Part shown: piece after piece, positions 25,747 to 34,364 of the stretch
Position numbering within the stretch: position 1 is the first letter of the stretch
How the letters are laid out: each line of letters begins with the position of its first letter
Program-made: the position numbers and the translations under genes
Notes under the pieces: generated by a model
The model's input: the letters and a program-made list of their open reading frames with translations, nothing else
The model's database searches: none
What the model was told of the DNA's origin: nothing
Virus record (IMG/VR): IMGVR_UViG_3300023107_000007
Span: 1 to 37,870 of that record
Direction: 5' to 3' (one strand)
From: a virus
Taxonomy: Duplodnaviria > Caudoviricetes
DNA: 37,870 nt

Positions 25747-25940
25747 GCCGGGAAGAACACTTATCGAAGGTGTCCGATTGGGGTGGATGGCTCAGTGGGA
25801 AATGGCGGCACAAGCGCACAGGTACCGCATATGTCGATGTCTATGTGCCTTTCCCGGGGTGCCCGGTTTGGTCGGTTCGCACCGACGCGGGGTCCGTGTT
25901 CAACGTGCGGGCCGTAAATATCGAGCTGATCGACGAATGA
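25743..25940 (+). CDS. Hypothetical protein
   Basis: AAGGA RBS; ATGA overlaps. Confidence 0.6.
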   Translation: MSREEHLSKVSDWGGWLSGKWRHKRTGTAYVDVYVPFPGCPVWSVRTDAGSVFNVRAVNIELIDE

Positions 25941-26074
25941 CCACGACTCGCACCATCCCGTCTCCCGGCACGATCACCGATTTCCTTACCCGTATTCGTG
26001 CGGCAGGGATACAAGAACCCGATGACGACGACCGCAGAAAACAACGACTTGAAGAAACGGAAGACGAACTATGA
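25937..26074 (+). CDS. Hypothetical protein (45 aa)
   Basis: ATGA overlaps at both ends. Confidence 0.55.
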   Translation: MTTTRTIPSPGTITDFLTRIRAAGIQEPDDDDRRKQRLEETEDEL

Positions 26075-26238
26075 GCACGATCCCGCGCGACCGTGTTGCC
26101 CGGATCATCGCCCAACACGAAGCCGACGAAGCCAGGTTTAGGGCACGGGTTCGGGCTGTATGGCCGTGGATTAAAGACGCCGCATTCATCATCGGGTGTA
26201 TTGCATTCGTTGTCATCGCCGCCTGGTGGATCGCATGA
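26071..26238 (+). CDS. Small protein with C-terminal TM helix (55 aa)
   Basis: AFIIGCIAFVVIAAWWIA; ATGA overlaps. Confidence 0.6.
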   Translation: MSTIPRDRVARIIAQHEADEARFRARVRAVWPWIKDAAFIIGCIAFVVIAAWWIA

Positions 26239-26705
26239 CTGTTCTTGACCCGGCATCTGGGTCCCGGATGTTCTATTTCGATAAGGAAGACCCACGGGTG
26301 ACGTTCGGAGATATCCGGGACGAATCGCATGTACTGGTCGACGGTCGTGCACTGGAAATCCACCCGGACATTCAGATGGACTTCCGCGACCTTCCATTCC
26401 CAGACGCCAGCTTCCGGGTTGTCATCTTCGACCCGCCCCATCTGAACAACGTTGGGATGAATGCATGGATGGGCAAGAAGTACGGGATTCTCGGGACGAC
26501 GTGGAGAGATGATCTGCGCCTTGGGTTCGCTGAGTGCTTCCGAGTACTTCACCCTGACGGCGTTCTCATCTTCAAGTGGAACGAAACCCAGATCCCACTG
26601 CGAGACATCTTGGCGCTCACTCCGGAGAAGCCCCTAGTTGGGCACCGGTCGGGGAAAACGGCGCGCACCCATTGGGTGACATTCATCAAGCCGTCGCAGC
26701 TATGA
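26235..26705 (+). CDS. SAM-dependent methyltransferase, probably DNA amino-MTase-like
   Basis: VLDPASGSRMFYFDK, IFDPPH and ECFRVLHPDGVLIFKWNE motifs. Confidence 0.88.
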   Translation: MTVLDPASGSRMFYFDKEDPRVTFGDIRDESHVLVDGRALEIHPDIQMDFRDLPFPDASFRVVIFDPPHLNNVGMNAWMGKKYGILGTTWRDDLRLGFAECFRVLHPDGVLIFKWNETQIPLRDILALTPEKPLVGHRSGKTARTHWVTFIKPSQL

Positions 26706-26854
26706 AACCAGCGCGCATGCCATCTGCCCGGGTCAAAGTCTTGCCCTGGTACTACACCGACCGTTCTGCACCCAGCCGGTCTGCTGACGATGCAGAAGCA
26801 ATCGCCGCTGACATGGCCGCATCAGACGAAACCACGACGGAGGACACGGCTTGA
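26702..26854 (+). CDS. Hypothetical protein (50 aa)
   Basis: ATGA overlap; MKPARMPSARVKVLPWYY. Confidence 0.5.
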   Translation: MKPARMPSARVKVLPWYYTDRSAPSRSADDAEAIAADMAASDETTTEDTA

Positions 26855-26949
26855 CCCGATACCAACGCTTATTCATCCTCCTGGGCCTCCTATTCGCCCT
26901 CATCGTCATCACGGTCTGCTGCCTCTGGGTGCGGACCGTTACTTATTGA
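26851..26949 (+). CDS. 32-aa single-TM peptide
   Basis: GGAGG RBS, TTG start; RLFILLGLLFALIVITVCCLWV. Confidence 0.55.
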   Translation: MTRYQRLFILLGLLFALIVITVCCLWVRTVTY

Positions 26950-26962
26950 AAGGGGCAATCAC

Positions 26963-27157
26963 ATGTCCGAAACGTATCAAGTGGGCGACCTTGTGGAAGC
27001 CGTCAAAGGCGAAACCACCATCCGGGGTCGCGTCGTTGAACGTGCATCCGGAGATCTCGGCATTGAACTTGCCGCAGCGCTCATCTACTACGAACGCCTT
27101 GAGTTCACCATCACCGTCATCGAGAAAGCTGCGCCGAAGGAGGTGATGTCCAAGTGA
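26963..27157 (+). CDS. Hypothetical protein (SH3/KOW-like start)
   Basis: YQVGDLVEAV...GRVV; AAGGGG RBS. Confidence 0.7.
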   Translation: MSETYQVGDLVEAVKGETTIRGRVVERASGDLGIELAAALIYYERLEFTITVIEKAAPKEVMSK

Positions 27158-27345
27158 CTCTCGTGACCAGAACCACCGTAGAAGTCACCGTCCCCCTGCT
27201 CGACTTCATGACCGAATCCGACTGCTACCGGCAAGCACGCGACGAAATCTACGCCGCATACCCACCACCAGCCACACTCGAACCCATCGACAGCGAAGTT
27301 GTGAACTTCGGTGGGGCTTATCTGTACCGGTGGTCAGTCGCATGA
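27154..27345 (+). CDS. Hypothetical protein
   Basis: GGAGGTG upstream; overlaps both neighbours. Confidence 0.6.
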   Translation: MTLVTRTTVEVTVPLLDFMTESDCYRQARDEIYAAYPPPATLEPIDSEVVNFGGAYLYRWSVA

Positions 27346-28031
27346 CGCTGACCATCTACGACGAGCTCGAGCAAGGTTCCGACGAATGGCTGGCTGCACG
27401 GTGCGGGCTGCTCACCGCATCCACCATCGGCAAGCTCCTCACGCCGGCAGGGAAACTTGCCGACAACGACACCTCCCGCGGCGTCATCGAAACCCTAGTC
27501 GCAGAACGCATCACCGGACACGTCGAATATGTACACCCCACATTCGAGATGCAGCGCGGCTCGCTGGATGAAAGCTACGCACGCGACATTTACCAGGAGC
27601 AGTTCCCGCTGCGACAGGTGAAGGAAGTCGGATTCGCAACAAACGAGTTCGGCGGCCACGTTCTTGGGGCGAGTCCCGATGGTCTGGTGGGCGCGATGGG
27701 TGGCTTGGAGATCAAGTCACCTAAGCCGAAAACCCATCTCCGTACGATCCTCAACGACGACGTGCCCAAAGAACACCTCCCGCAGATCCACACCAACATG
27801 CTCGTCCTCGACCGTGACTGGTGGGATTTCGAGTCCTATTGCGGAGGCTGGCCCATCTACGTCCACCGCGTCCACCGCGATCCCAAATGGGATGCCCTGC
27901 TCACCGACGCACTCCACATGTTCGAGGACAAAGCGGCGTTGACGATCGAGTACTTCAAGACCATGACAGCCGGCGCACCCATCGCGCCACGGATCGACCA
28001 CTTCGCAGACATTCAGATTGAGATCAACTAA
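27342..28031 (+). CDS. YqaJ/lambda-exonuclease-family recombination exonuclease
   Basis: EQGSDEWLAARCGLLTAS, GASPDGLV and LEIKSP motifs. Confidence 0.92.
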   Translation: MTLTIYDELEQGSDEWLAARCGLLTASTIGKLLTPAGKLADNDTSRGVIETLVAERITGHVEYVHPTFEMQRGSLDESYARDIYQEQFPLRQVKEVGFATNEFGGHVLGASPDGLVGAMGGLEIKSPKPKTHLRTILNDDVPKEHLPQIHTNMLVLDRDWWDFESYCGGWPIYVHRVHRDPKWDALLTDALHMFEDKAALTIEYFKTMTAGAPIAPRIDHFADIQIEIN

Positions 28032-28600
28032 TGGACATCAGCGCCGGCCTCGCCCCAAAGTCTGATCAGCTCGACGCGATCGAACTCATCTCGGGTCCGA
28101 GAACATTCACCATCAGCAAGGTATCCACCAACAACGCTGAGCAGCCATACAACTTCCACCTCGCAGAGTTCCCACGCGTCTGGCGGCCGGCGAAGTCGAT
28201 GCTCCGGGTGATGGCAGCTGCGTGGGGCAACCAGTCAGATGCCTACATCGGCAAACGAGTGACCCTCTACTGCGATCAGACCGTGAAGTTCGGCAACGAC
28301 ACCACCGGTGGGACGCGCATCTCGCACATGAGCGGCATCGACAAACCGTTGTCCGTGCCTTTGTTGGTCAAGCGTGGGAAGAGCGCCACCTATACGGTCC
28401 AGCCCCTCCCAGACGCACCCACCGCAAACCCCGCCCCCTACATCGACCCTGTTGTGATCCGCGCATGGGTGACCAAGTTCGACGAAGCAACCACACTCCC
28501 CGAACTGCAGGACATTTGGGGAGAAGCAACCACGGCGGGTGTGACTAAGCAGGCCGAAGTGTTCGCCGCCAAAGAAGCACGGAAGGAAGCCCTCAAATGA
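28031..28600 (+). CDS. Exonuclease-associated protein, candidate single-strand annealing partner
   Basis: KSDQLDAIELISGPRTFTI...WG...GKRVTLY...GGTRISHMS; translationally coupled to the exonuclease. Confidence 0.6.
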   Translation: MDISAGLAPKSDQLDAIELISGPRTFTISKVSTNNAEQPYNFHLAEFPRVWRPAKSMLRVMAAAWGNQSDAYIGKRVTLYCDQTVKFGNDTTGGTRISHMSGIDKPLSVPLLVKRGKSATYTVQPLPDAPTANPAPYIDPVVIRAWVTKFDEATTLPELQDIWGEATTAGVTKQAEVFAAKEARKEALK

Positions 28601-28935
28601 TCGACCTTGATGCAATCCGTGCGCGAGTGAACGCCCTGTCCGATTTTGATGGCGAAGCGTGGCAGGTCTGGTATTCATCCGACACAAAAGAGCCAGTGTC
28701 GGTCGCGCCGGATAACTTCACCGAGCAGTTCCGTGTCGATGGCATGGCGGAAGAAGACGCCGTGTTCGTTGCCAACGCGCCGCAGGATGTTCGCGCACTA
28801 ATCGCAGAGATAGAACGACTGCGCTCTGAACTCGCGAAATCGGATCGCGCCTTCTCTTGTTTGAAAGATCAGCATGCCGGTGCCGATGTTGAGCTTGTCA
28901 ACCTCAAATTTCAGCTCGCAAAGGCCACCTCATGA
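28597..28935 (+). CDS. Hypothetical protein (Ead/Ea22-like)
   Basis: DLDAIRAR...DAVFVANAPQDVRALIAEIERLR. Confidence 0.6.
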   Translation: MIDLDAIRARVNALSDFDGEAWQVWYSSDTKEPVSVAPDNFTEQFRVDGMAEEDAVFVANAPQDVRALIAEIERLRSELAKSDRAFSCLKDQHAGADVELVNLKFQLAKATS

Positions 28936-28958
28936 CCTCGAATGTTGGTGGTGACCTG

Positions 28959-29372
28959 ATGGAGCAGGTCGAGGAATTGAAGTTCGTTGTCCTCGGCGTG
29001 CCAGTCCCACAAGGCAGCAAGGTCGCCTACGTGGTTGGCAAACGTGCTGTCGTTGTCGACTCCAACAAAGACCAGCTTCGACCGTGGCGTGCAGCAGTAC
29101 AGCATGCCGGCGAGATCGCGTTGGCCGGACGCATCGGAATCACCGACGCCGCATGTGTGCACCTCGAGTTCCACATGCCACGACCGAAAACAGTCACGCG
29201 GCTGCGACCGTCCACGAAACCCGACATCGACAAACTCACCCGCGCGTGTCTCGACGGGATGACTGACGGTGGCGTATTCCAAGACGACGCACTAGTTGTC
29301 TCGCTCCACGTTGAGGAATGGTACGCAGACGACCAGCCATACGTCGCCGTGAAAGTCACACGCTGCCAATGA
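28959..29372 (+). CDS. rusA: RusA-family Holliday junction resolvase
   Basis: GVPVPQGSK...KPDIDKLTRACLDGMT...DDALVV. Confidence 0.92.
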   Translation: MEQVEELKFVVLGVPVPQGSKVAYVVGKRAVVVDSNKDQLRPWRAAVQHAGEIALAGRIGITDAACVHLEFHMPRPKTVTRLRPSTKPDIDKLTRACLDGMTDGGVFQDDALVVSLHVEEWYADDQPYVAVKVTRCQ

Positions 29373-29575
29373 CGATGCTTTCACTCTTCGACCCACCGCC
29401 CCGCGAGTGGTTCTGCGTCACATGCGGTGGCCCGCTCGAAAGGCGTCCGCCGTACAGTCCACCAGTTCGGTTCTGTTCGTACTGGTGCCATCTGGTCGAG
29501 AACGGTCCCGACTTTTACACCCTCGAAAGGATCACCCCGTGGCTAGACATGAACCGCCGACGCAAGATCCGGTGA
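29369..29575 (+). CDS. Small zinc-finger protein
   Basis: CVTCG...RFCSYWC. Confidence 0.6.
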   Translation: MTMLSLFDPPPREWFCVTCGGPLERRPPYSPPVRFCSYWCHLVENGPDFYTLERITPWLDMNRRRKIR

Positions 29576-29763
29576 CATTCCCGCCTGCCATCCCGGCGTA
29601 TCACTTCCACCTAACGGCGTCCGATGGGCGTCATTCCTATTTCCGCTACTACACATTCCGGGACGCACACGTGAGAGCTGTGCGGAACGGTAACCGGCCC
29701 GTCTACTACACGGATGCGTCCGGGCGTGTGCATGTGTGCGAACCGATCGGAGAACTCGAATGA
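29572..29763 (+). CDS. Hypothetical protein
   Basis: GTGA overlap. Confidence 0.45.
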   Translation: MTFPPAIPAYHFHLTASDGRHSYFRYYTFRDAHVRAVRNGNRPVYYTDASGRVHVCEPIGELE

Positions 29764-29791
29764 GAGACACGAGAAGAAAGACAGGCGGCTG

Positions 29792-30580
29792 ATGGCACGC
29801 GGAAGAGTAATCACTCCCGATTTTTGGACTGACGGGACGATGATCGGCCTCACATTTGGGGCGCGACTCTTCTACATCGGTCTGTGGAATTTCGCCTACT
29901 GCGACAAGGGCCACCTGCCTGACGATGCGATGGCACTGAAGTTGAAAGTCCTTCCTGCTGATCAGGTGGATGCTACTGGTCTTGTCGCAGAGCTGATGGG
30001 TAGCGGCAAGCTGGTCAGACTTTCCGCTGATGAGAAGACGTTTCTTTGGATGCCAACATTCGAGGGGTACCAGAAAACCGATCCCCGGTGGAAGACCAGA
30101 TGCCCCGCCTGTGCTCTCCAAGACTCACTCGTGCTCACCGAAACTCCGGAGAGTTTGGGAGTGCTCACCGAAACTCTCCCATCCTCAGCGTTAAGAGAAG
30201 AGAAGAGAAATAGAGAGAAGAGAAAAGAAGAGAACCAAACACACGCACCTTCGGTGCTCGAGCGTGAGTTTGACGAAGCATGGAATCACTGGCCAAAGAA
30301 AGTCGAACGCAAGCAGGCGTTCGAGCAGTTCAAAGAAGCCAGGAAGAAGTACAAGCCGATAGCGCTAACTCTGGCGGACGTCATTATCGAGTTCGGTGAT
30401 CTCTATGCCCTGACAACGGAGAAGCGGTTTGTGCCTGCGCTTGGTGTGTGGCTCCGGCACGAACGGTGGACCGACGAACTGCCCACCGCTCAAGGCCGCA
30501 ACCCCACCCGTACGGAACAGAACCTCTCCGTCGTCGCCCAGTACGCGGCGCAGGAGCAGAAAGGAATCACCATTGGCTGA
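29792..30580 (+). CDS. Replication initiator protein (lambda O-like architecture)
   Basis: MARGRVITPDFWTD...ARLFYIGLWNF N-domain; FDEAWNHWPKKV...WLRHERWTDE C-domain; internal iterons. Confidence 0.8.
   Translation: MARGRVITPDFWTDGTMIGLTFGARLFYIGLWNFAYCDKGHLPDDAMALKLKVLPADQVDATGLVAELMGSGKLVRLSADEKTFLWMPTFEGYQKTDPRWKTRCPACALQDSLVLTETPESLGVLTETLPSSALREEKRNREKRKEENQTHAPSVLEREFDEAWNHWPKKVERKQAFEQFKEARKKYKPIALTLADVIIEFGDLYALTTEKRFVPALGVWLRHERWTDELPTAQGRNPTRTEQNLSVVAQYAAQEQKGITIG
30131..30234. repeat. Putative replication origin: iterons plus purine tract
   Basis: GTGCTCACCGAAACTC at 30131 and 30161 with an inverted partial copy between; A/G tract at ~30193-30233. Confidence 0.7.
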
Positions 30581-30785
30581 AGTGAATCACCGCGACTGGC
30601 TGTTTATGCATGTCGGCTGGTTGCTCATGGATTTGCGTCAAGACATCGAGTTCGCCGGGCTGTTCACTGACGGCCCCGATTGGAAAGACGTGGCAACGCG
30701 TCTGGCCGGACTTCAGAACGATGTTGGCGCCTATGCCGACGAGCACTTTCCGCATGTTGAGACAGCCAAGGACGGTGAGTGGTGA
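30573..30785 (+). CDS. Hypothetical protein
   Basis: AAAGGA RBS, TTG start. Confidence 0.55.
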   Translation: MAEVNHRDWLFMHVGWLLMDLRQDIEFAGLFTDGPDWKDVATRLAGLQNDVGAYADEHFPHVETAKDGEW

Positions 30786-31225
30786 ACAAGACCGAGATTG
30801 CGCAACTGCTCACCCTGGCATCCGGGTTTGACCGGCGTGTGGTTGATCAGGTGACTGTCGAAGCGTGGGCACTCATCCCCGAGCTCGCTAATGCCGACTA
30901 TCAGGATGCGAAAGCCGTTGTCGTTGCCCACCAGACGGGGCCGAAACGTACCGAGTATCTGACCGTTGGACACATCACTGATGCGTTGGCTGTGCAGAAC
31001 CGGTCAAACAGGGCGGCGATCGAAACGGATGTCAGATCGGCGAAAGCTCGAGGGCTTATAGACAAGTCCTGGACCGACAAACAAGTGCTTCCCGATTCAG
31101 TTCGGGAGGCACTTTTTACACTCCGCGACACCGAACGTCGCACCGCAGCCCAACGGTTCGCATTCGACGAACTCGAAGGCAACCCGCTCGACCCCGGCGA
31201 CATCGGAAAGGACATACCCGAATGA
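30782..31225 (+). CDS. Putative helicase loader/inhibitor (G39P-like)
   Basis: EIAQLLTLASGFDRR...VEAW...DAKAVVVAH; follows the replication initiator. Confidence 0.6.
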   Translation: MNKTEIAQLLTLASGFDRRVVDQVTVEAWALIPELANADYQDAKAVVVAHQTGPKRTEYLTVGHITDALAVQNRSNRAAIETDVRSAKARGLIDKSWTDKQVLPDSVREALFTLRDTERRTAAQRFAFDELEGNPLDPGDIGKDIPE

Positions 31226-31404
31226 TCGGCCTGCTATCCACCGACCTGGACTTCACCCGGTATCTGAAAACGGTGAACGTCGGTCGTGCCATTCATGAAC
31301 GCCCATCGATGTCGTATGAGCAGAAGCTGATTCGCGAGTACGACGCAGAAACGAAACAACTACTCGCCCAAATCCGAGGCGAACAAATCAGGAGAAGCAA
31401 CTAA
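31222..31404 (+). CDS. Hypothetical protein
   Basis: AAAGGA RBS; overlaps both neighbours. Confidence 0.6.
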   Translation: MIGLLSTDLDFTRYLKTVNVGRAIHERPSMSYEQKLIREYDAETKQLLAQIRGEQIRRSN

Positions 31405-31802
31405 TGGCAAAGATCGAGATCGAGTCCGCGTTCGTCGAAGCGTGGAACAAGAACAGTGACCAGCACCCGGCATGGGGCATGAAAACGGCGGAACCCCACA
31501 GTCGCAAGAACGACGCCGGCAAGTACGAAACCGTTGGCCGCACATTCCGCACCGTGAAGGTGTCTCGCGCATCCGCCCTGGATCTGACCCAGTTTCGCAA
31601 GGGCGACCGAGTGTCCATCTGGGGCAAGGAAGTCACCGAGACGCGGGAACACGAGGGGAAGAAGTTCTACGACGTCGTGGTGTGGGCTGACCGCATCGAG
31701 CTCGCAGAGGGCACCAGGCAGACTACATCCGCCACACCTACTCCCGAGCCGTGGGCAGCAACCGGACCAGCAGTCGACTACACAGAAACTGCCCCGTTCT
31801 GA
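31404..31802 (+). CDS. ssb: Single-stranded DNA-binding protein
   Basis: OB-fold pattern (RKGDRVSIWGK...VWADRIE) and C-terminal APF tail. Confidence 0.85.
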   Translation: MAKIEIESAFVEAWNKNSDQHPAWGMKTAEPHSRKNDAGKYETVGRTFRTVKVSRASALDLTQFRKGDRVSIWGKEVTETREHEGKKFYDVVVWADRIELAEGTRQTTSATPTPEPWAATGPAVDYTETAPF

Positions 31803-32140
31803 TGCCGGACAGCACTAACGATTGGCCCGTAACCGATCTGATCACGCACGCAGATTTCGTCCTCACCGGCGACCCTTCACTGTATGACGACCTGTACCGC
31901 GGCATTGCGATCGACCTGCTCGCTGCACTGAAGGCGGCCCTGACAGATGAAGAAGCGGCCATAAGGCACGCCCACCTTGCCGACCAGAACACCCACTACA
32001 CAAACAACCCCCGCCACGACGATGCAACCCCGGACTGGGATGACCTGAACCCGGAAGAACAACTCACCCTCGACGAAAACCGGTACCTACTCGAAAACGG
32101 TGGGATCGCGTTCGGGGACGACGAAACGGAAAACGACTGA
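31802..32140 (+). CDS. Hypothetical acidic protein
   Basis: TGATG overlaps. Confidence 0.65.
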   Translation: MPDSTNDWPVTDLITHADFVLTGDPSLYDDLYRGIAIDLLAALKAALTDEEAAIRHAHLADQNTHYTNNPRHDDATPDWDDLNPEEQLTLDENRYLLENGGIAFGDDETEND

Positions 32141-32316
32141 TGCCTAAGCGCACCCCTCAGCAGGAACTCGAATACCAGATGCAGAAGCTCAAAGACATGG
32201 GCGTCACGATCAGCGTCTCTCCATCGCATGCCGCACCCGAATCACCGCGGCGTGTTGTCCACATCATCGAAGACGCCGCTAAAGCCGCGGGCATCTACGA
32301 ATCGAAGGAGTCCTGA
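32140..32316 (+). CDS. Hypothetical protein (58 aa)
   Basis: TGATG overlaps at both ends; MPKRTPQQELEYQMQKL. Confidence 0.6.
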   Translation: MPKRTPQQELEYQMQKLKDMGVTISVSPSHAAPESPRRVVHIIEDAAKAAGIYESKES

Positions 32317-32654
32317 TGTCTACCCCTAACCCCGAAGAAACCGAACAGCACGCGCTCGCGTGGGTGTTGAACGATGCAGGGATGGAAGGTCCAGACCGAC
32401 TGAAGTACGCCGATGCGGTTCTCGCCGCTGGCTACCGTCGCCTGTCCGAGTCCGAGATACGCCGCAATTTCATCAGTGATGCCGAAGTGGATGCCGTCGC
32501 TCACGTCATGTTCGAGCCGCCGACAGGTGGGGTAGGCGACTACACATGGGCCGAAATGGTCCGTGATGACCCGACCCGTGCTGATATTTGGCGCACAGAC
32601 GCGCGAGCCGCTCTCGAAGCTGCTCGCGCCGCGAAGGAGGCCGACCGTGGCTGA
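32316..32654 (+). CDS. Hypothetical protein
   Basis: AAGGAG RBS; ADAVLAAGYRR and ARAALEAA modules. Confidence 0.7.
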   Translation: MSTPNPEETEQHALAWVLNDAGMEGPDRLKYADAVLAAGYRRLSESEIRRNFISDAEVDAVAHVMFEPPTGGVGDYTWAEMVRDDPTRADIWRTDARAALEAARAAKEADRG

Positions 32655-32988
32655 CGAATACACACCCACGATGGAAGAACTCGGGTGGGCATGGATCGCA
32701 TACCGACCTGGTAACCGGCCCGTACGTGAGGTGCTGGCCGAACTAGACCGCGCTTTGGCTGCTCATGATGCCGAGATACGCCGCAACCAAGCCCTCGCCG
32801 ACTCCGTGCTCGCCGACCGCGCCGGCCGACCCGACATCGGTCGCGCGATCGTCATCCCATTCGCCATCAAGAGCCAGTGCACCGAGAAGGGGCACAGCGG
32901 GTGTGAGCAGAAGATCATCGACGGGGAGGCGTGGACCATGCATCACGCCACCCCTTCACCCGAGACGGAACAGGAGAACACACGATGA
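32647..32988 (+). CDS. Hypothetical protein
   Basis: AAGGAGG RBS, GTG start; DEYTPT...LAAHDAEIRR. Confidence 0.7.
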   Translation: MADEYTPTMEELGWAWIAYRPGNRPVREVLAELDRALAAHDAEIRRNQALADSVLADRAGRPDIGRAIVIPFAIKSQCTEKGHSGCEQKIIDGEAWTMHHATPSPETEQENTR

Positions 32989-33194
32989 GCCGAGAGCAAC
33001 TGGTGCGCTTCATCTATGCAGTCCTCGATCGCACCGAAATGTACGACGACGAAGGCTTGCTGCGGACGACCGAGACCATCGACAAAGACCCATGGAGCAT
33101 CCCCGACCTCACCGACACTGGTGCCGCCGCGATACTCGCAGACGCACTCATAGCCGCCAACCTTGTGACCCCTTGCGAACGGAGAACCAGATGA
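32985..33194 (+). CDS. Hypothetical protein
   Basis: AGGAG RBS, ATGA overlap. Confidence 0.65.
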   Translation: MSREQLVRFIYAVLDRTEMYDDEGLLRTTETIDKDPWSIPDLTDTGAAAILADALIAANLVTPCERRTR

Positions 33195-33457
33195 GCGATG
33201 ACACCCGAACCGATCAGGGGCATGCGTTCTGGAAACAAGACCTGAAGCGGGTTGCCGAAGCACGCATCCAAGCAAAAGGCCGAATCGCCCAACACACACT
33301 CTGGGTACTTCTCGTGGAGTCATGGGCAGTGCCAGTAGTTGCATGGCTGTCCAACATGCCCTCATTCGTGCACCAGTTCGATTCTGAGCGCCTAAAACAC
33401 TCCCAAGGCCCGAACATGTCAACCAGGAATCCCAACTGCTCAGAAAGGCGAAAATGA
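33191..33457 (+). CDS. Hypothetical protein
   Basis: GGAG RBS, ATGA overlaps. Confidence 0.55.
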   Translation: MSDDTRTDQGHAFWKQDLKRVAEARIQAKGRIAQHTLWVLLVESWAVPVVAWLSNMPSFVHQFDSERLKHSQGPNMSTRNPNCSERRK

Positions 33458-34236
33458 GCGAGCAGCCGATAGCCGAGTTTCAGAAAATCAAGATCGCCTA
33501 CGACCGTGGCAAAAATGACGAAGCACTCACCGCCACCCACGGCCACTTCTCCGAAGGCTTCTACCGCACCCTCGACGCTGCAATCAAGAAAGCGCCAGGA
33601 GTCATAGAACACGTCATCTCACTCATCACCGCATCAGGTGGCGCGGAAGACCGAGTGGACGGCACGCGAGAAGTTCCCCTGCCCATGAGCACCCAGGCGT
33701 TCTCCGACGTGAACGAGATCTACTCGATCCTCGTCTACTGGACGAAAGCATTCGCAGAACAGTTCAACCTGCAAATGCCAGGACCGGCAGCCAGAGCATG
33801 GCGCAACGACCGCGGAACGATCGTCGGCCTACCAACCGACATCAGCGCCAGCGACGCCAGATACCTGGCCGGCGTCATGACCACATGGCTCGGTATTCAC
33901 CTGGAAAACATTTGCGAGCTCGACCCGGAAGACGTAACCGACTTCCGCGACAACCTCCGCTACGTCTTCCAAACCGACGCACGATGGCCACAACAGGAGA
34001 AACCCCGCTACTCCGACATGCCCTGCGCCAACAACGGATGCAACGGCAAAATCGCCGTATACCCGCCGCGCAACTTCGGAGACAGCGAACGAATCATCTG
34101 CGAAACATGCGGACTGCACTACGAACCAAACCAGTACGAAGAACTCATCATCGTGTTCCGGCAAGCACGAATCGAAATGAGACAAGCACAAGCCACCACC
34201 GCCCACCTGATGAAGAAATACCAAATCGCCGTGTGA
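33454..34236 (+). CDS. Zn-ribbon protein, candidate late-gene regulator
   Basis: PCANNGC...ICETCG; last gene before a promoter-terminator pair. Confidence 0.6.
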   Translation: MSEQPIAEFQKIKIAYDRGKNDEALTATHGHFSEGFYRTLDAAIKKAPGVIEHVISLITASGGAEDRVDGTREVPLPMSTQAFSDVNEIYSILVYWTKAFAEQFNLQMPGPAARAWRNDRGTIVGLPTDISASDARYLAGVMTTWLGIHLENICELDPEDVTDFRDNLRYVFQTDARWPQQEKPRYSDMPCANNGCNGKIAVYPPRNFGDSERIICETCGLHYEPNQYEELIIVFRQARIEMRQAQATTAHLMKKYQIAV

Positions 34237-34251
34237 CACGCCGAAAGCGAC

Positions 34252-34283
34252 TTGACATTCACCCCCACGGTTAGGTGTATGCT
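34252..34283 (+). promoter_or_regulatory. Putative late promoter
   Basis: TTGACA (34252-57) and TATGCT (34278-83) with an atypical 20-bp spacer. Confidence 0.55.
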
Positions 34284-34320
34284 AAACGCGAGGATTCAAT
34301 GGCACTACAGCCAGAATCAG

Positions 34321-34354
34321 AAAGAGCCCCTGGACCACGGTCTGGGGGCTTTTT
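34321..34354 (+). terminator. Intrinsic terminator ~40-70 nt downstream of the late promoter
   Basis: AGCCCCTGGAC/GTCTGGGGGCT stem followed by TTTT. Confidence 0.8.
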
Positions 34355-34364
34355 CTATTTCCCC

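Noticed and set aside
26235-26705. Methyltransferase as part of a restriction-modification system
   Set aside because: No adjacent restriction endonuclease; orphan phage MTases of this type are common
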